In this document: positions 42,101 to 54,100 of the stretch, one piece after another
Layout: each line of letters starts with the position of its first letter
Numbering within the stretch: the first letter of the stretch is position 1
Assembly: GCA_964234715.1 (NCBI GenBank)
Contig: OZ174275.1
Length of the DNA stretch: 64,000 bases
Strand: one strand, 5' to 3'
From: Podarcis melisellensis
Lineage: Eukaryota
Position numbers and translations under genes: made by a program
The notes under the pieces: model-generated
Databases searched by the model: none
What the model was told of the DNA's origin: nothing
What the model saw: the letters and a program-made list of their open reading frames with translations, nothing else

Positions 42101-45100
42101 TATGTATATTGTGGTTGGTAGACTGATATAAGTTGCTCTACAGCTCTGGAAAATTGTCCATAACTGGAAATGGTGACACTTTGATTTACTGCCTAAAGTT
42201 GGCTTTTTTGGATACACCAAAAAGCTGCTGAGAGAGAGGGTAGGATGTAAATATAGTAAATAATTCAAAATAATTGAAGTCATCCATGTCAATTTAATGA
42301 TCTGAAGTATTTCCAAATTTTAACACAACACTGTATAGGCTGAAACAGGCATGTCCAACAAGAGACTATGAACTACTCCCAGTATAAAAAAACTTGCAGT
42401 GATTGTTATTGGAGGAGGAGCGTGTTGTTAAGCTTTCTTTAGGAGGGAAGTGCCCAGTTGTTGAGCTTTTTGTGGGAGGATTGCACAGAGTTGTTTTTTT
42501 TTAGCTTTGCCCCCATAACTTTTTGTACACAATAAGGATCCTGTGATCTCCCAGGATCAGTCAGGTAGGTTGCAATCTACTGGTTGGACATCCCTGGGCT
42601 AAAACAATCAGCCCACCGAGCATAGCCAGTGGTCAGGGATGCTGTAGTCCAGCAATATTTTTGTGGCTGCAGTTTCCCTCATCCCTGGGCTAAAATACTG
42701 AAATTTTGCAGCCATCTTTGAAGTGAAAATGACTAGAATGGTCAGGCCCCTCAGTCTTAAGCAAAAACAGTATCATCAAACTGATGAAAACTCATGAACA
42801 GCTAGAAGAGTGCAGAACTGTTAGAATTGATCATGGCACAATAGAACGATTGCTTAAAAGCATTGAAATTTTGCAAAGTCAGTTATATAGCATTTTGTAA
42901 ATTAACATTACTCAGTTTGTGCATGGTATGTTTCTTGCACATCCGCTGCATTTTACATCGCATGATGAATATCCTTGTGGGAAATCAGCACACTTGAGCT
43001 CTTTATTTTTCTTTCCATGTTCTCTCTAGGGAAGTGATTCTGGAGTACACAGATTATAGCTGTGCTAGCAATTGGCTCAGCTCAGCTATTTTCTATGTAT
43101 GCCTGCCTCTGTCAATACTGCAGAGTTGTTCTTAAGCATAGTTTAATTATACAAGTTAACCTATTGACAAGATCATTTGAAAAAATGTAACCTTCCCTTT
43201 CTCAGACTACTGTACTTTACTAAGTATCAGTATCTGGACAGAAAATATGGTGGACTTTTCTGTTGTAAAACTCTTTAGGTATTAAATCGTGATGAGATAC
43301 AGTATGCTACTCAGAAGTCAAGTGGATAGCAAGTGGGCTAACAACAGTATTAAATCAGATCACATACCTATGATCATTTCCCTTCTGTTCTGTTCTATGT
43401 ATTTGTATTCAGCTTTGCACTCTTTCCTGAAAACTCTGGTCCTTGAGTTTGGAGAGCATCTTGGGGAAACATAATGAGAAGTGTGTTCCTATCAAAAGTA
43501 TGAATAAGGGATTCAGACACACTTTCTATCATAAGTTTTCAAAGTTTAAACCCTGCTTCTTCAACTACAGAAGTGAAAAGCAGCAGATACCACGGGAAGG
43601 GTCCACACTGCACCTACTCATCAGTCCTCCTGGAAACTGGGAAGCTTGGGCTCTGCCTGCATACCCCCCACTTCTCATGTATGCTAATGGCTAAACAGTG
43701 CAGGAAAGAACCCCCACCATGAAAATAAAGGAAGAAGGGCCCTGAAGTGAATAGAAGGTTTCCCTCAGAAATTATCATTTTTAAACTGATAGTATCTTAA
43801 GTTATAAATAGAAGGGGAGAGCAAGAGTTAAGTAATGTTTCACCCAGATGCAGGCGCTGCTTCAAACATTCACATTACTGTAAAGTTGTTGGCATCCCTC
43901 TGTCCTGGGAGACAATGGAGTGCGTCTCCAGGGGTAAAGTCAAACTGCTATGTTAGCAGCACCAAAGTGATCTCCCCGGGGCGCAAGCCTGGGAGTAAGT
44001 ATGGGGGGGGGGCCTGGGCTGCCCAGATGACAAGACTCCCCTCTTGGCCTTGCTGATGTGATCTAAAGGAAAGCAGAGCAATAGGTTTGGCACCAGTTCA
44101 GCTGCAGGAGTTGCTGGAAGGAGGCGTACAAAATGCCATCCAACCGCCTTAGGGAATCCACTCCAGATTTGTGTAAAATATATAAAAACACAAATTCAGG
44201 GAATTCAAACAAACAAAAATAGGGTCTAATCTTATGGGCCAGGGAAAGCCCAGGCTGAAAGCTTTTATATATATAATATATACACGTGTGTGTGTGTGTG
44301 TGTGTATCTGAAGTACAGGAGTAATCTCATGCATGGATCATATTTCTGGAAGTAGGAGGAACTGCTGTGTATAACATTGGTAGCTTGAACTTTTAGGCTA
44401 TAGTTTGGCTGATGCATTAGGATCTCAGACAGAGAGAAACATTGCATCAGTAACAAATGGATTTAGATTTAAGATAGTGGGTGAATGAAGGTATAGAAGA
44501 CTCTTCCAGACCACTTAACTTATTTGATTACTTCACTTATGAAGAGCTGCTAATCGTTCCCTTGCTCCTTTAAACTGGCAATAATTATTCTCTTTCAAAT
44601 TCTGCCCTCTTTCAGTTGCTGAAATTGTGAATTATCATAGATGAAAATATAAATGAACACTTCATGCCTAATTTCATTAGGGGGAACATTGCAGATTGTC
44701 AGCAGGCTTTCTATATGGGTTGTTATAGCTCTGTTCTGTTAAAAATTGTTACTTTGCTTTTACAATAATTGCACATGAATATGTATGCTTTTATATTGCT
44801 ATATGAATAAGTGTTTCAAAGGCAGAAATTATCCATTAAATTGCTTCTAAAATGTTACAATTTTCTAGCTGGTGCATTGTTTGGCCACTTTGTTGTCCTT
44901 TAAAAATCATAGGATTGACAGATTATAAAATAAATACTAGCTATTTGCCTTTTAGAGAGTGGTGAAAGATTTATTTGCTGGAACATAATGAGTTAGTTGC
45001 AAACAGAATAGTTATAATTTTTAAATATGTAAATTAATAAAATAACAAGTACAAGTTGATCTATTGCACATAGTGATGTAATTATCAGTCATATTTCTAG

Positions 45101-48100
45101 CACAATCCCTTTGATCACGTGATCTGAAAATGTTTTAAATGATCACCAAACTGTGAGAGACCCTTGTTTTGTGGAGCACTGCATGTTGATGTTGCACCCC
45201 CTTTACATAATTATATGCCACTTGTCTTTCTTGTTTGGGTCATCTGGAGCTGCTGGTTGTGCATATCTTGCACCTGCTGTCTGTTTGTGACACTTTTGGG
45301 TCTAGAGTCTTTTTTTAAAGCTGAGCCGTTGGCACCTGGTAAGTGGGTTATACTATCTTTGGGTCTATCCCAACTCTATAGTTGTGTGATCATCCTTGCC
45401 CTAAAGTTATAAACATTGCATTTCTAGTATGCTGTAATCTGTAATTAATCTATATTTGCATCTGTGAAGAAGACTTCTTGTTTTTCGCAGGGGATGATGA
45501 ACAGTCCATAGAGATGGCTGCCAGCTGGGAGAATGAGAAAGTGACTGAGGCAGCGACAGATGGCTTTGTAGCTATTAAAATAGATACCCAAAGGTTTGGC
45601 AACTTCTTTTACTGTTGTTTTTGTTGTTAGTAGTAATTTACTTTTAAGGAGACCTGTATAATCAATATATAGTTATTTTGGAAGGGAATTTAATTGGTAT
45701 GTGTGTGGAATATTGTTATCCAACTAGACACTAAGTGTATATTTTACAGAATAGTTTACTTTATTCTTCTTATATTCTTGTTATAAAGTCCTCCATTCTC
45801 CATTAAAATAAGATCCAACTGATACTTTTCACTATGAAAATTAAAAGCCATAATACTTTCAGGAGGACTTTAAAGTCTGGAGGAGACAAACCATGAACCC
45901 GTGTTCAGATGACACCAAAACCAAACCATGGCTTAACTCAGGCATAGGCAAACTTGGCCCTCCAGATGTTTTGGGACTAAAACTCCCATCATCCCTAGCT
46001 AACAGGATCAGTGGTCAGGGATGATGGGAATTGTAGTTTCAAAACATCTGGAGGGCCGAGTTTGCCTATGCCTGGCTTAACTCACAGGACTGGAGAAGGA
46101 ATAAAGCAGCCATGATCTCCTTTCCTGGAGCCCATAAATTGTGCTAAGCCATGGTTTAGCATAACATTACATATGAACTGAGCCATTGTATAATCTGCAT
46201 ACTGTTTTATGTAAATTAATTTCAGTGTAGTGTTTCAGAGAAATAAAAATTAATTTGTTGTGATCCTACAAGGCTTTTAAACAGTCAGAGATATACAATA
46301 ACAATGTAACTGATTATTTTATGTCATTTCATATTATTAGTGTGATTGTCTAAACTTGATACTTTTTTTTTACACAGTGAAGCCTGCCTGCAGTTCTCCC
46401 AAATCTGTATCCTTGAACAAAATATAATTGAATCATTTCACACTCAGATGTTCATTTATGGGCTTCATTATTGTATGGTGCAAACTACAGGATCTCCTCC
46501 CTCAGGAGATTCTGTCTGTTCTCCTTTACTGCTTCATATGCTTGGAACTTCCTTCAGGAATACCTGTGTGATGCCACCTTTCTTACTCCCATCTTCAAAC
46601 CAACCTTTTCCTGAAGCCTTTGGCAGAGTTTCCTGGTTACTGTAACTGGTTACTAAGCCTAAGTATGTGAAAGTGAAACACCCCTTGTATATCTCACCCC
46701 CATTTCCTAATATTGTAAATAAAAATAATAGGTAATAATGTAGTATTACTGTTCTCAACAGAGAGGCATCAAAACCGTAGTCATTTCTGGCTCTCCTCAC
46801 TGGGGGTTTATCTCTGGTTTTTCATCCTGTGCTTTTCTTAATTGTTTATATAGTGATATGGTGCATACTGAAAAACTGGGACTTTGAGGGTGCTGTTCCA
46901 TGAAGAAAACAGATGGCATGAAGCAGCACCATGATTGGGATGGTTGTTCTACTTGTAACCATCTTGGCTAAGGTTTATTGAATAACTATCTCGCATGAGA
47001 CCATTTCAGAAAAACAGTGTGACCAAACTGAAGATAGTTCTTCAATTTTTAATTACAGCAAGTTGATTTGCAGTAAATTTAGGAGTAATGAAAAACAAAT
47101 AAAAGCCCACTATGCTATTGACTTTTGAGCTTCACTACCAAAACATGTTATGTGTGTGGAATGTTAGTTGATGCCAAAACGATTAGACTTAAGACATGTA
47201 GAATAAGACATCTACTACAACCTTGGTGTACAGAGGCAATTTACTTTTGAGTACCAATGACAGTGCGGGTGACGCTGTGGGTTAAACCACAGAGCCTAGG
47301 ACTTGCCAATCAGCAGGTTGGCAGTTTGAATCCCCTTGACGGGGTGAGCTCCCGCTGCTCGGTCCCAGCTCCTGCCAACCTAGCAGTTCGAAAGCACATC
47401 AAAGTGCAAGTAGATAAATAGGTACCGCTGCGGCGGGAAGGTAAACAGCGTTTCCATGTGCTGCTCTGGTTTGCCAGAAGCGGCTTAGTCATGCTGGCCA
47501 CATGACCCAGAAGCTGTATGCCGGCTCCCTCGGCCAATAAAGTGAGATGAGTCGGCCACGACTGGACCTAATGGTCAGGGGTTACCAATGACATAGACAA
47601 ATCATGGGAAAAGCTGTTTTCTTCATGGTCCTGCTTATGAGTGTGCCAGAGGGATTTGACTGGCTGCTGTTAGGAAAACTAAGCTGGGCTGAACAAATCT
47701 TTGCTGATCCATGAGGGTAGGACCAAAGCAATATTTGACCATGAACTACTGCCCGTGTGATTTAATTGAATCTCAAGATGTGACTCACATACAAAAGAGG
47801 TGTATGCTTTGAGGTTAGAAGTGATCCTTCTAATTTGTGTTCAGTTTTCATTCAAAAGTTTTTTTGTGCAAACTGTCTCCATGATAATCTGACACATTTC
47901 TTTAGAGCTGGGAGAAGAGGGGTGAGGCAGCAGAAAAGTGATGGGCTTGGTATCACTTAAATTTTCCATGGGGAATTCAGATATTTCTGTACTGGTAGCA
48001 TCAGTTTGCTATAGGTGGCATCCAGTTGGTATCCCATCACTGGATAAAAGGTCTGTCGGCAGATCAGGAAGGCAGGCACTTTTCAGTTACTCATCTTCCT

Positions 48101-51100
48101 CCTTTAGCCCTACACACCCCTAATTGACTTCAGAAGGCCCTTATATTTGGAAAGAAGGGGAAACTGCCAAAAATTGTCTCCTCCATTTCACTGAGGAGCA
48201 CTAGTTCATTATCATTCTATATGCTTTGCTCAACTGTTTGCAGTAACTTCTAATCATTTGCATATATTTCTTTTCCAATTTACTTTTGCCTTCCTTACAA
48301 TTGAGATGTTGTCCTTTACTATTGCTGCATAGATCCTGTAGTGTGTGTTCCATCCAGTTTCTTTATAGGAGACAACGGAGTCCCATTGGAAGTGATTGCT
48401 GGCAGCGTTTCTGCAGAGGAACTTGTTACAAGAATTCATAAAGTCAAGCAGGTAAGAAATAGTGACAGACTATTTCAGCATAGTGAAATAAATGTTTAAA
48501 AGCTTGTTCCTGTTGAATGGATTACAGGCAGAAAATGTCACTGTGTCAGTATGCCTATAGAATTGTTAATTCTATATGTTCTTGCTTGATCAAAGAATAT
48601 TTCATCATACTATAGTTATGCTAAATTAAGCCAGTTTTATGTACCAAGTTGGAAATGTACTAATAGAGCAATAATGACTTTTTCTAGAAGACATTTTTCT
48701 TGATGGGCTTGAACATTGGAAAAACAAAAATCACTCCTGAAATGTACTTGTTTCTCACCCTTTTTTTAATGCAGCAAGAAAGGTCAGGTCACATGTGTTT
48801 CCCCTCATTTGCCCCTTTAAGATCAGGCTATACAGTGGTACCTCCGGTTGTGGGTGGGATCCATTCCAGAGCTCTGGTCGGATCCCAAGGTTTCCACAAC
48901 TGGAGGGACTGCTTCTGTGCATGCACACAGCATGGTAGAGCACATCTGCACATGGTGAAACATGGGTTTGCCGCTTTTGCAACCCAAAGTTTACGTTACC
49001 CGAGGATAATGTAAGCCGAGGTGCTACTGTAATTAGTCTTGAGACATGGCATAGAAATATTGTCCCCTTCACACCTCCCACTGGCTCTTTTATGATGATT
49101 ATTTTATTGCAAACTGACAAACTGGTAATCTGGATTAAGTTTTCCATAAGATTAGGCCAGGTGGCGACCCAAGCTTTTTATTTAATCCTAGCTGCCTCTT
49201 AAGTGTGTTCCAGGACATGTGCTATTCAAGCATCTTTTTCTAAATGTTGTCTCTTTCCTTATCAACCCCTGTGGTAGTAGTTTGCGTTCAGTAGTCTCTG
49301 CCTGTGGGATAATATTATATACTAATTTGATTGTTATATTCAAGGCTCCTTGACTTGGTGACCTATAGTTAAGTGGTCTGGAATTTTGTTATAGAACTCT
49401 CTTCTCATTCTACAACTGCTAAAAGAGGGGACAGAGCTGTGCTACACACCAATTTTCAGGAGATATAAAACAACATCAGAGAAAAACAGTGCAAACAAAA
49501 CGACTTGTTCTCACATTAAGAAATAGTAATATATGACATATTTTGCTTCCTTCTCCCTCTGCCATATGCCAATAGAAGGGTTATTGTACTCATTTCAGGA
49601 GATCTTTAGCTACACACTACTCTTGAAAGTGAAGTCATCCATAAAATAATGCTTTTTCTTCCTGCAGTCAAACAGGGCCTTTGACAGCCATGCAGCCATG
49701 GTTCTGCTCTTTTCACCATGTGTTAGTATCACACAAAGTGCCCTCTTAAGCTTACTATTTGTAGATTAGGCTACATGAGCATCAGTTTTGTACTTGGAAG
49801 CCTAGCAGTTGTTTTCACTTCGATTTAGAAAATGGCTTAAAAATCAAATATTCTGGAATTACAGCCATTTACTGATATCTACACTTCTTTCTTCCTTAGA
49901 TGCACACGTTAAAAAATGAAGCAATGGAAAGTTCTGTGCCATGTTCCTCATCTTTAAATGGCATCACAGAGGACTCTCAGTCCCAAACAGCTGAGCTTGC
50001 TGAAGCACAGCCTGAAAGGCTAAGTGTATCCCCAGCTGGTAAGTATGTGTAGCTGCCTACATTCAAGATTGGTATTTACATATGGAGTTAAAATGGTAGT
50101 CTTTCAAAAGTAAAGGGTGGGAAAGACCTCCTTTGAGTAATTACCATTTTTGTGTGTGCCTCATTATGCTACCACCTTTTAAGTCTTTTTTCATTCCCCC
50201 CCCCCCATAACTGCTGCTCATCCCTGCCACGCTCTTTCTCATCTGCAGTTGTTTCTTGAGGGCTGCATCAAGAACAGGACAGGGCCAGCCATGCCTTGCT
50301 TATTCTGACACAAGGAAAGAGTGGTACAGAGACAGGTGAAGTGGAGGTTGTAGTGCTGTCAGGTACACTACTGGCCTTGCTGAGAATAAGCAATTCAGTG
50401 CATTATTTAGGCAAAGGATATCTGAAACTATGTTAATTGCTTAACTGTTGTGAAGAACCTGGATCCAGAGTTGAAGTATTCAGAATATCAACTTTGTGCA
50501 GAAGCAGCTGAAGATGGTCTTGATTCTAAATAGTGAGCTAGTTTGGATCATTAATACTCATAGTGGCATGATAACAGTATTTTGTAAGAGTTCATACAGC
50601 AATTGCTTATGATGGTAAAATGTTGATACTTTTCCCTTTCCCATCTCCTTCTTTTCACTTACCTGTTATTTCTGAATGACTTAAGGTGAAGTAAATTTGG
50701 ACCAGACAAATGTGGAAAGTGACGGAAGGGGGGAATCGCAGACTACAGATGACCTTACAGCCAAAGTAGAAAGGTGTGTTTTTTGCAGACTTTCTGGTTA
50801 TTCTAGAAAGCAGGGCTAGGCAACCTTGAGCCCCGAGGGCTGCATGCAGCAGTGGGAAAGCAGTTGAGGATTGTCTGGCAGTTTTCATGGTCAGAGCCAG
50901 CCACACACATGCATGCACTCTCATTCGTTTTTCCAACATACAAACACACAGAAAAGATGGGACTGTGTGGCAAGCACAAGACTGCCCTGTAATAACTGTG
51001 TCATCCATATCTATCAGACTGCATCAGTTCAAGAGGAGATTGCCACCATTTATCATTACTTATTATTTCTAGAGTCTGACTTAAGGGCCAAATCATCAAG

Positions 51101-54100
51101 CCAAGGCTTAAAAGGCAGATAGTGTGAGAAGAAGCCATTTCAAGAGAATGTGAAAAGCACAGGAGAGGGCAAAATGACACTGATCTGTCATCTGGATTGC
51201 ACTTCTCAACTGTAGTGCAGAGCTACAATGCAGTTTAAATTGCCCATCGAAACAGTCCAGATCTTTTTAAGCGCCTTTTGAAACCTGTTCTTTGGCAGAA
51301 CGTCTTCTGGGTCTATGACAGGCTCTCATGTTTTGTTATTTGCTGCCAGCCAACCCTTCTCCAACTTTGCAACAGCACAGAATTGAAGGTGTTTTTTTTT
51401 TTACCCCCAGTTTTCTAGTCTGTGCATCTTCATGGCAAAGTTCTTATCCATTTTCTGTCATACTAAAGTTAATTCGCCAGGCCTGTGTATTTGGCAGTGC
51501 AGGCAAGGAAGTACTTTATGCAACTGACAATTTAATAAATGATAATACTGAGTTGTTTTTGCTTGTTATTATGATACATATTTTTGTGTTTTTATATTGT
51601 AAACTGTCCTGTTGTTTTTGGATAAAGGGCAGTATAGAAATTTAATAAATATAAAATTAATAATGGTAATAGAACTGCTGTTGGAAAGCAGAATTGCTGT
51701 ATTATAATATACTGCCTTTCAGTTTGGGGTAGTTTTGTTTTTTGGCAGAGTCATGTATAGCACTTTGATGTGCACTTCCCCACACAGAAATAAGGTTTCA
51801 CCTTGTGTTTGTATTCTTCTAAATTTAGAGTGACAAAAAAACTTGAAGAAAGAAGAGAAGAGAAAAAGAAAGAAGAAGAACAGGTAGAGTGTAACTGAAT
51901 TTATGTTGCATTTTATTTATTTTGAAAAACGTATAAGCTGCTTAATAAAATACTGTACATAAAATAATATGAATATCAATAATACATAATATCCCCCCCA
52001 AAAAATAATATTTAATTAAATTATAGGGATAGGCTTGCTGGAATAACAATTATCAGGTGGCTAAAGCAGCAATTTCATTCTCTTTTGATGTCCGGGAATT
52101 TTCTATTAAACTAATTTCCAGAAAAATTTAAATTATTTGTGTATTATATGATAGGTAAAGGTAAAAGGACCCCTGACTATTAGGTCCAGTCGCGGACTCA
52201 AGGTTGCGCGCTCATCTCGCTCTATGGCTGAGGGAGCTGGCGTTTGTCCGCAGACAGCTTCCAGGTCATGTGGCCAGCATGACTAAGCCACTTCTGGCGA
52301 GCTAGAGCAGCACACAGAAACACTGTTTACCTTCCTGCCGGAGCGGTACCTATTTATCTACTTGCACTTGGCGTGCTTTCAAACTGCTAGGTGGGCAGGA
52401 GCTGGGACTGAACAATGGGAGTTCACCCCGTTGCGGGAATTCGAACCGCCAACCTTCTGACCAGCAAGCCCTAGGCTCTGTGGTTTAGACTACAGCGCCA
52501 CCCGCATTCCTTTAAAAGCTTAGGAAAGGTGTATTCTCTTTTCACTCAGAAGGAAATCAAGAAAGAAGTAGAAAGAAGAAAAAGTGGAAAAGATATGTTG
52601 GAGTACAAAAGGAAACAAGAAGAAGAACTTACAAAGCGAATACTGGAAGAAAGGAACAGGGAAAAGGCTGAAGACAGAGCTGCTAGGGAGCGCATCAAAC
52701 AGCAGATTCAAATGGTAAGTCATCTGTTACAAGGGGGCCTTCAACAAAGTGTTGCGTAGTAGAGTGCTCTCTGTTCAGGATGTCAGCCACTCAATTCCTG
52801 TTCACCATCTTCCCCTCTCTCCAGTTTCCTATCCCCACGCCACCCCCGCTTGCCAGTCAGCATTTCACTCTCACTCATTTTTCTGATGCTCCTTTGTGTG
52901 TTGAATATGGAACATCACTCAAATAACTGAAATCTCTATTAGTACAATATATATGATTTATTAGGTGAGCTTCTTGGAAAAAAGTAAATTCTTAGCAAAT
53001 TGACCTTCAATATACTGTATTTTCCCGTGTATAACGCTCCCATGTATAAGACGACCCCTATTCTTTGGGACTTCAAATTAAGGAAACGGGGAGATTGCTC
53101 AGAGTTGTTGAGCTTTTTTGGGGGGATTGCCGACAATCGCTTATCTGCCTGGCCGCTGCACACCTCGCCAAAGCCACCAATCGTTTGTCAATTCAAACAC
53201 AATGGATAAGCAAGGCTTCCAAACTCCTATTCCCAGTTGCACACAGGGAGGAGGGAGAGGACAAATCTAAGACTCACCTAGGCTCGTTCATGGCATGGTA
53301 AAGCGTGGTTTAGCATGAAGATGGCATGTAAAGGTTAAGTGTTCATTGAATATAATAAATGAGAACAAATTATGTCCCTCACCACATACAAGTTGGTTGG
53401 TAGTAATTTCTTTCCATGAGACTGCACTGATTAAAATAGCCTTGACTGGGCCATGGTAACATGTAGTGAATGTCTTTGTCCTCTTATGAAGGATCGTGTT
53501 GAAAGAGCAGCTCGTTTTGCAAGGTCCAAGGAAGAAGCAGAAGCTGCAAAAGCTGCTGCTCTCCAAGCTAAGCAGGCTGAAATGGAAGCCAGGAAGGAAG
53601 CATCACAGAGGGAAAGAAGGTGAATTCTTTTTCATGCCTTCATCCATCTCTTCCCATTCCCTTCACCTTGTACACACCACCTTCCTCCTTTATTGTAGCA
53701 CCATGCATTTTTTGCTTTGTTGTCTCACTCCTTTATCAGTCCATACAATCAACCTTCTTGGCCCTCTCTTGTAAAACGATAAACCCTCAGCTGAGAACAT
53801 GTTTCTTCTGTATTCTGTATATTCTCTTAGTGTGCTACTGCTGCTAAGGACATGTCAAATAATAATTTGATCTAACTTAAAAATAAGTGCAGTTGATGAA
53901 CTCTTCCTCTCTAATATCCCCTGGTATATGAGTGAAGCATTTAAAGGAACTTAAGTGATGGAAGCTGTTCTTAAAATTCATTCTTAAACTGATATATTTT
54001 CCCTAGTGCTATAGCAAGAATTCAGTTTCGCCTTCCAGATGGATCCTCTTTTACCAATAGTTTCCCTTCGGATGCTCCATTGGAAGAAGCCAGACAATTT

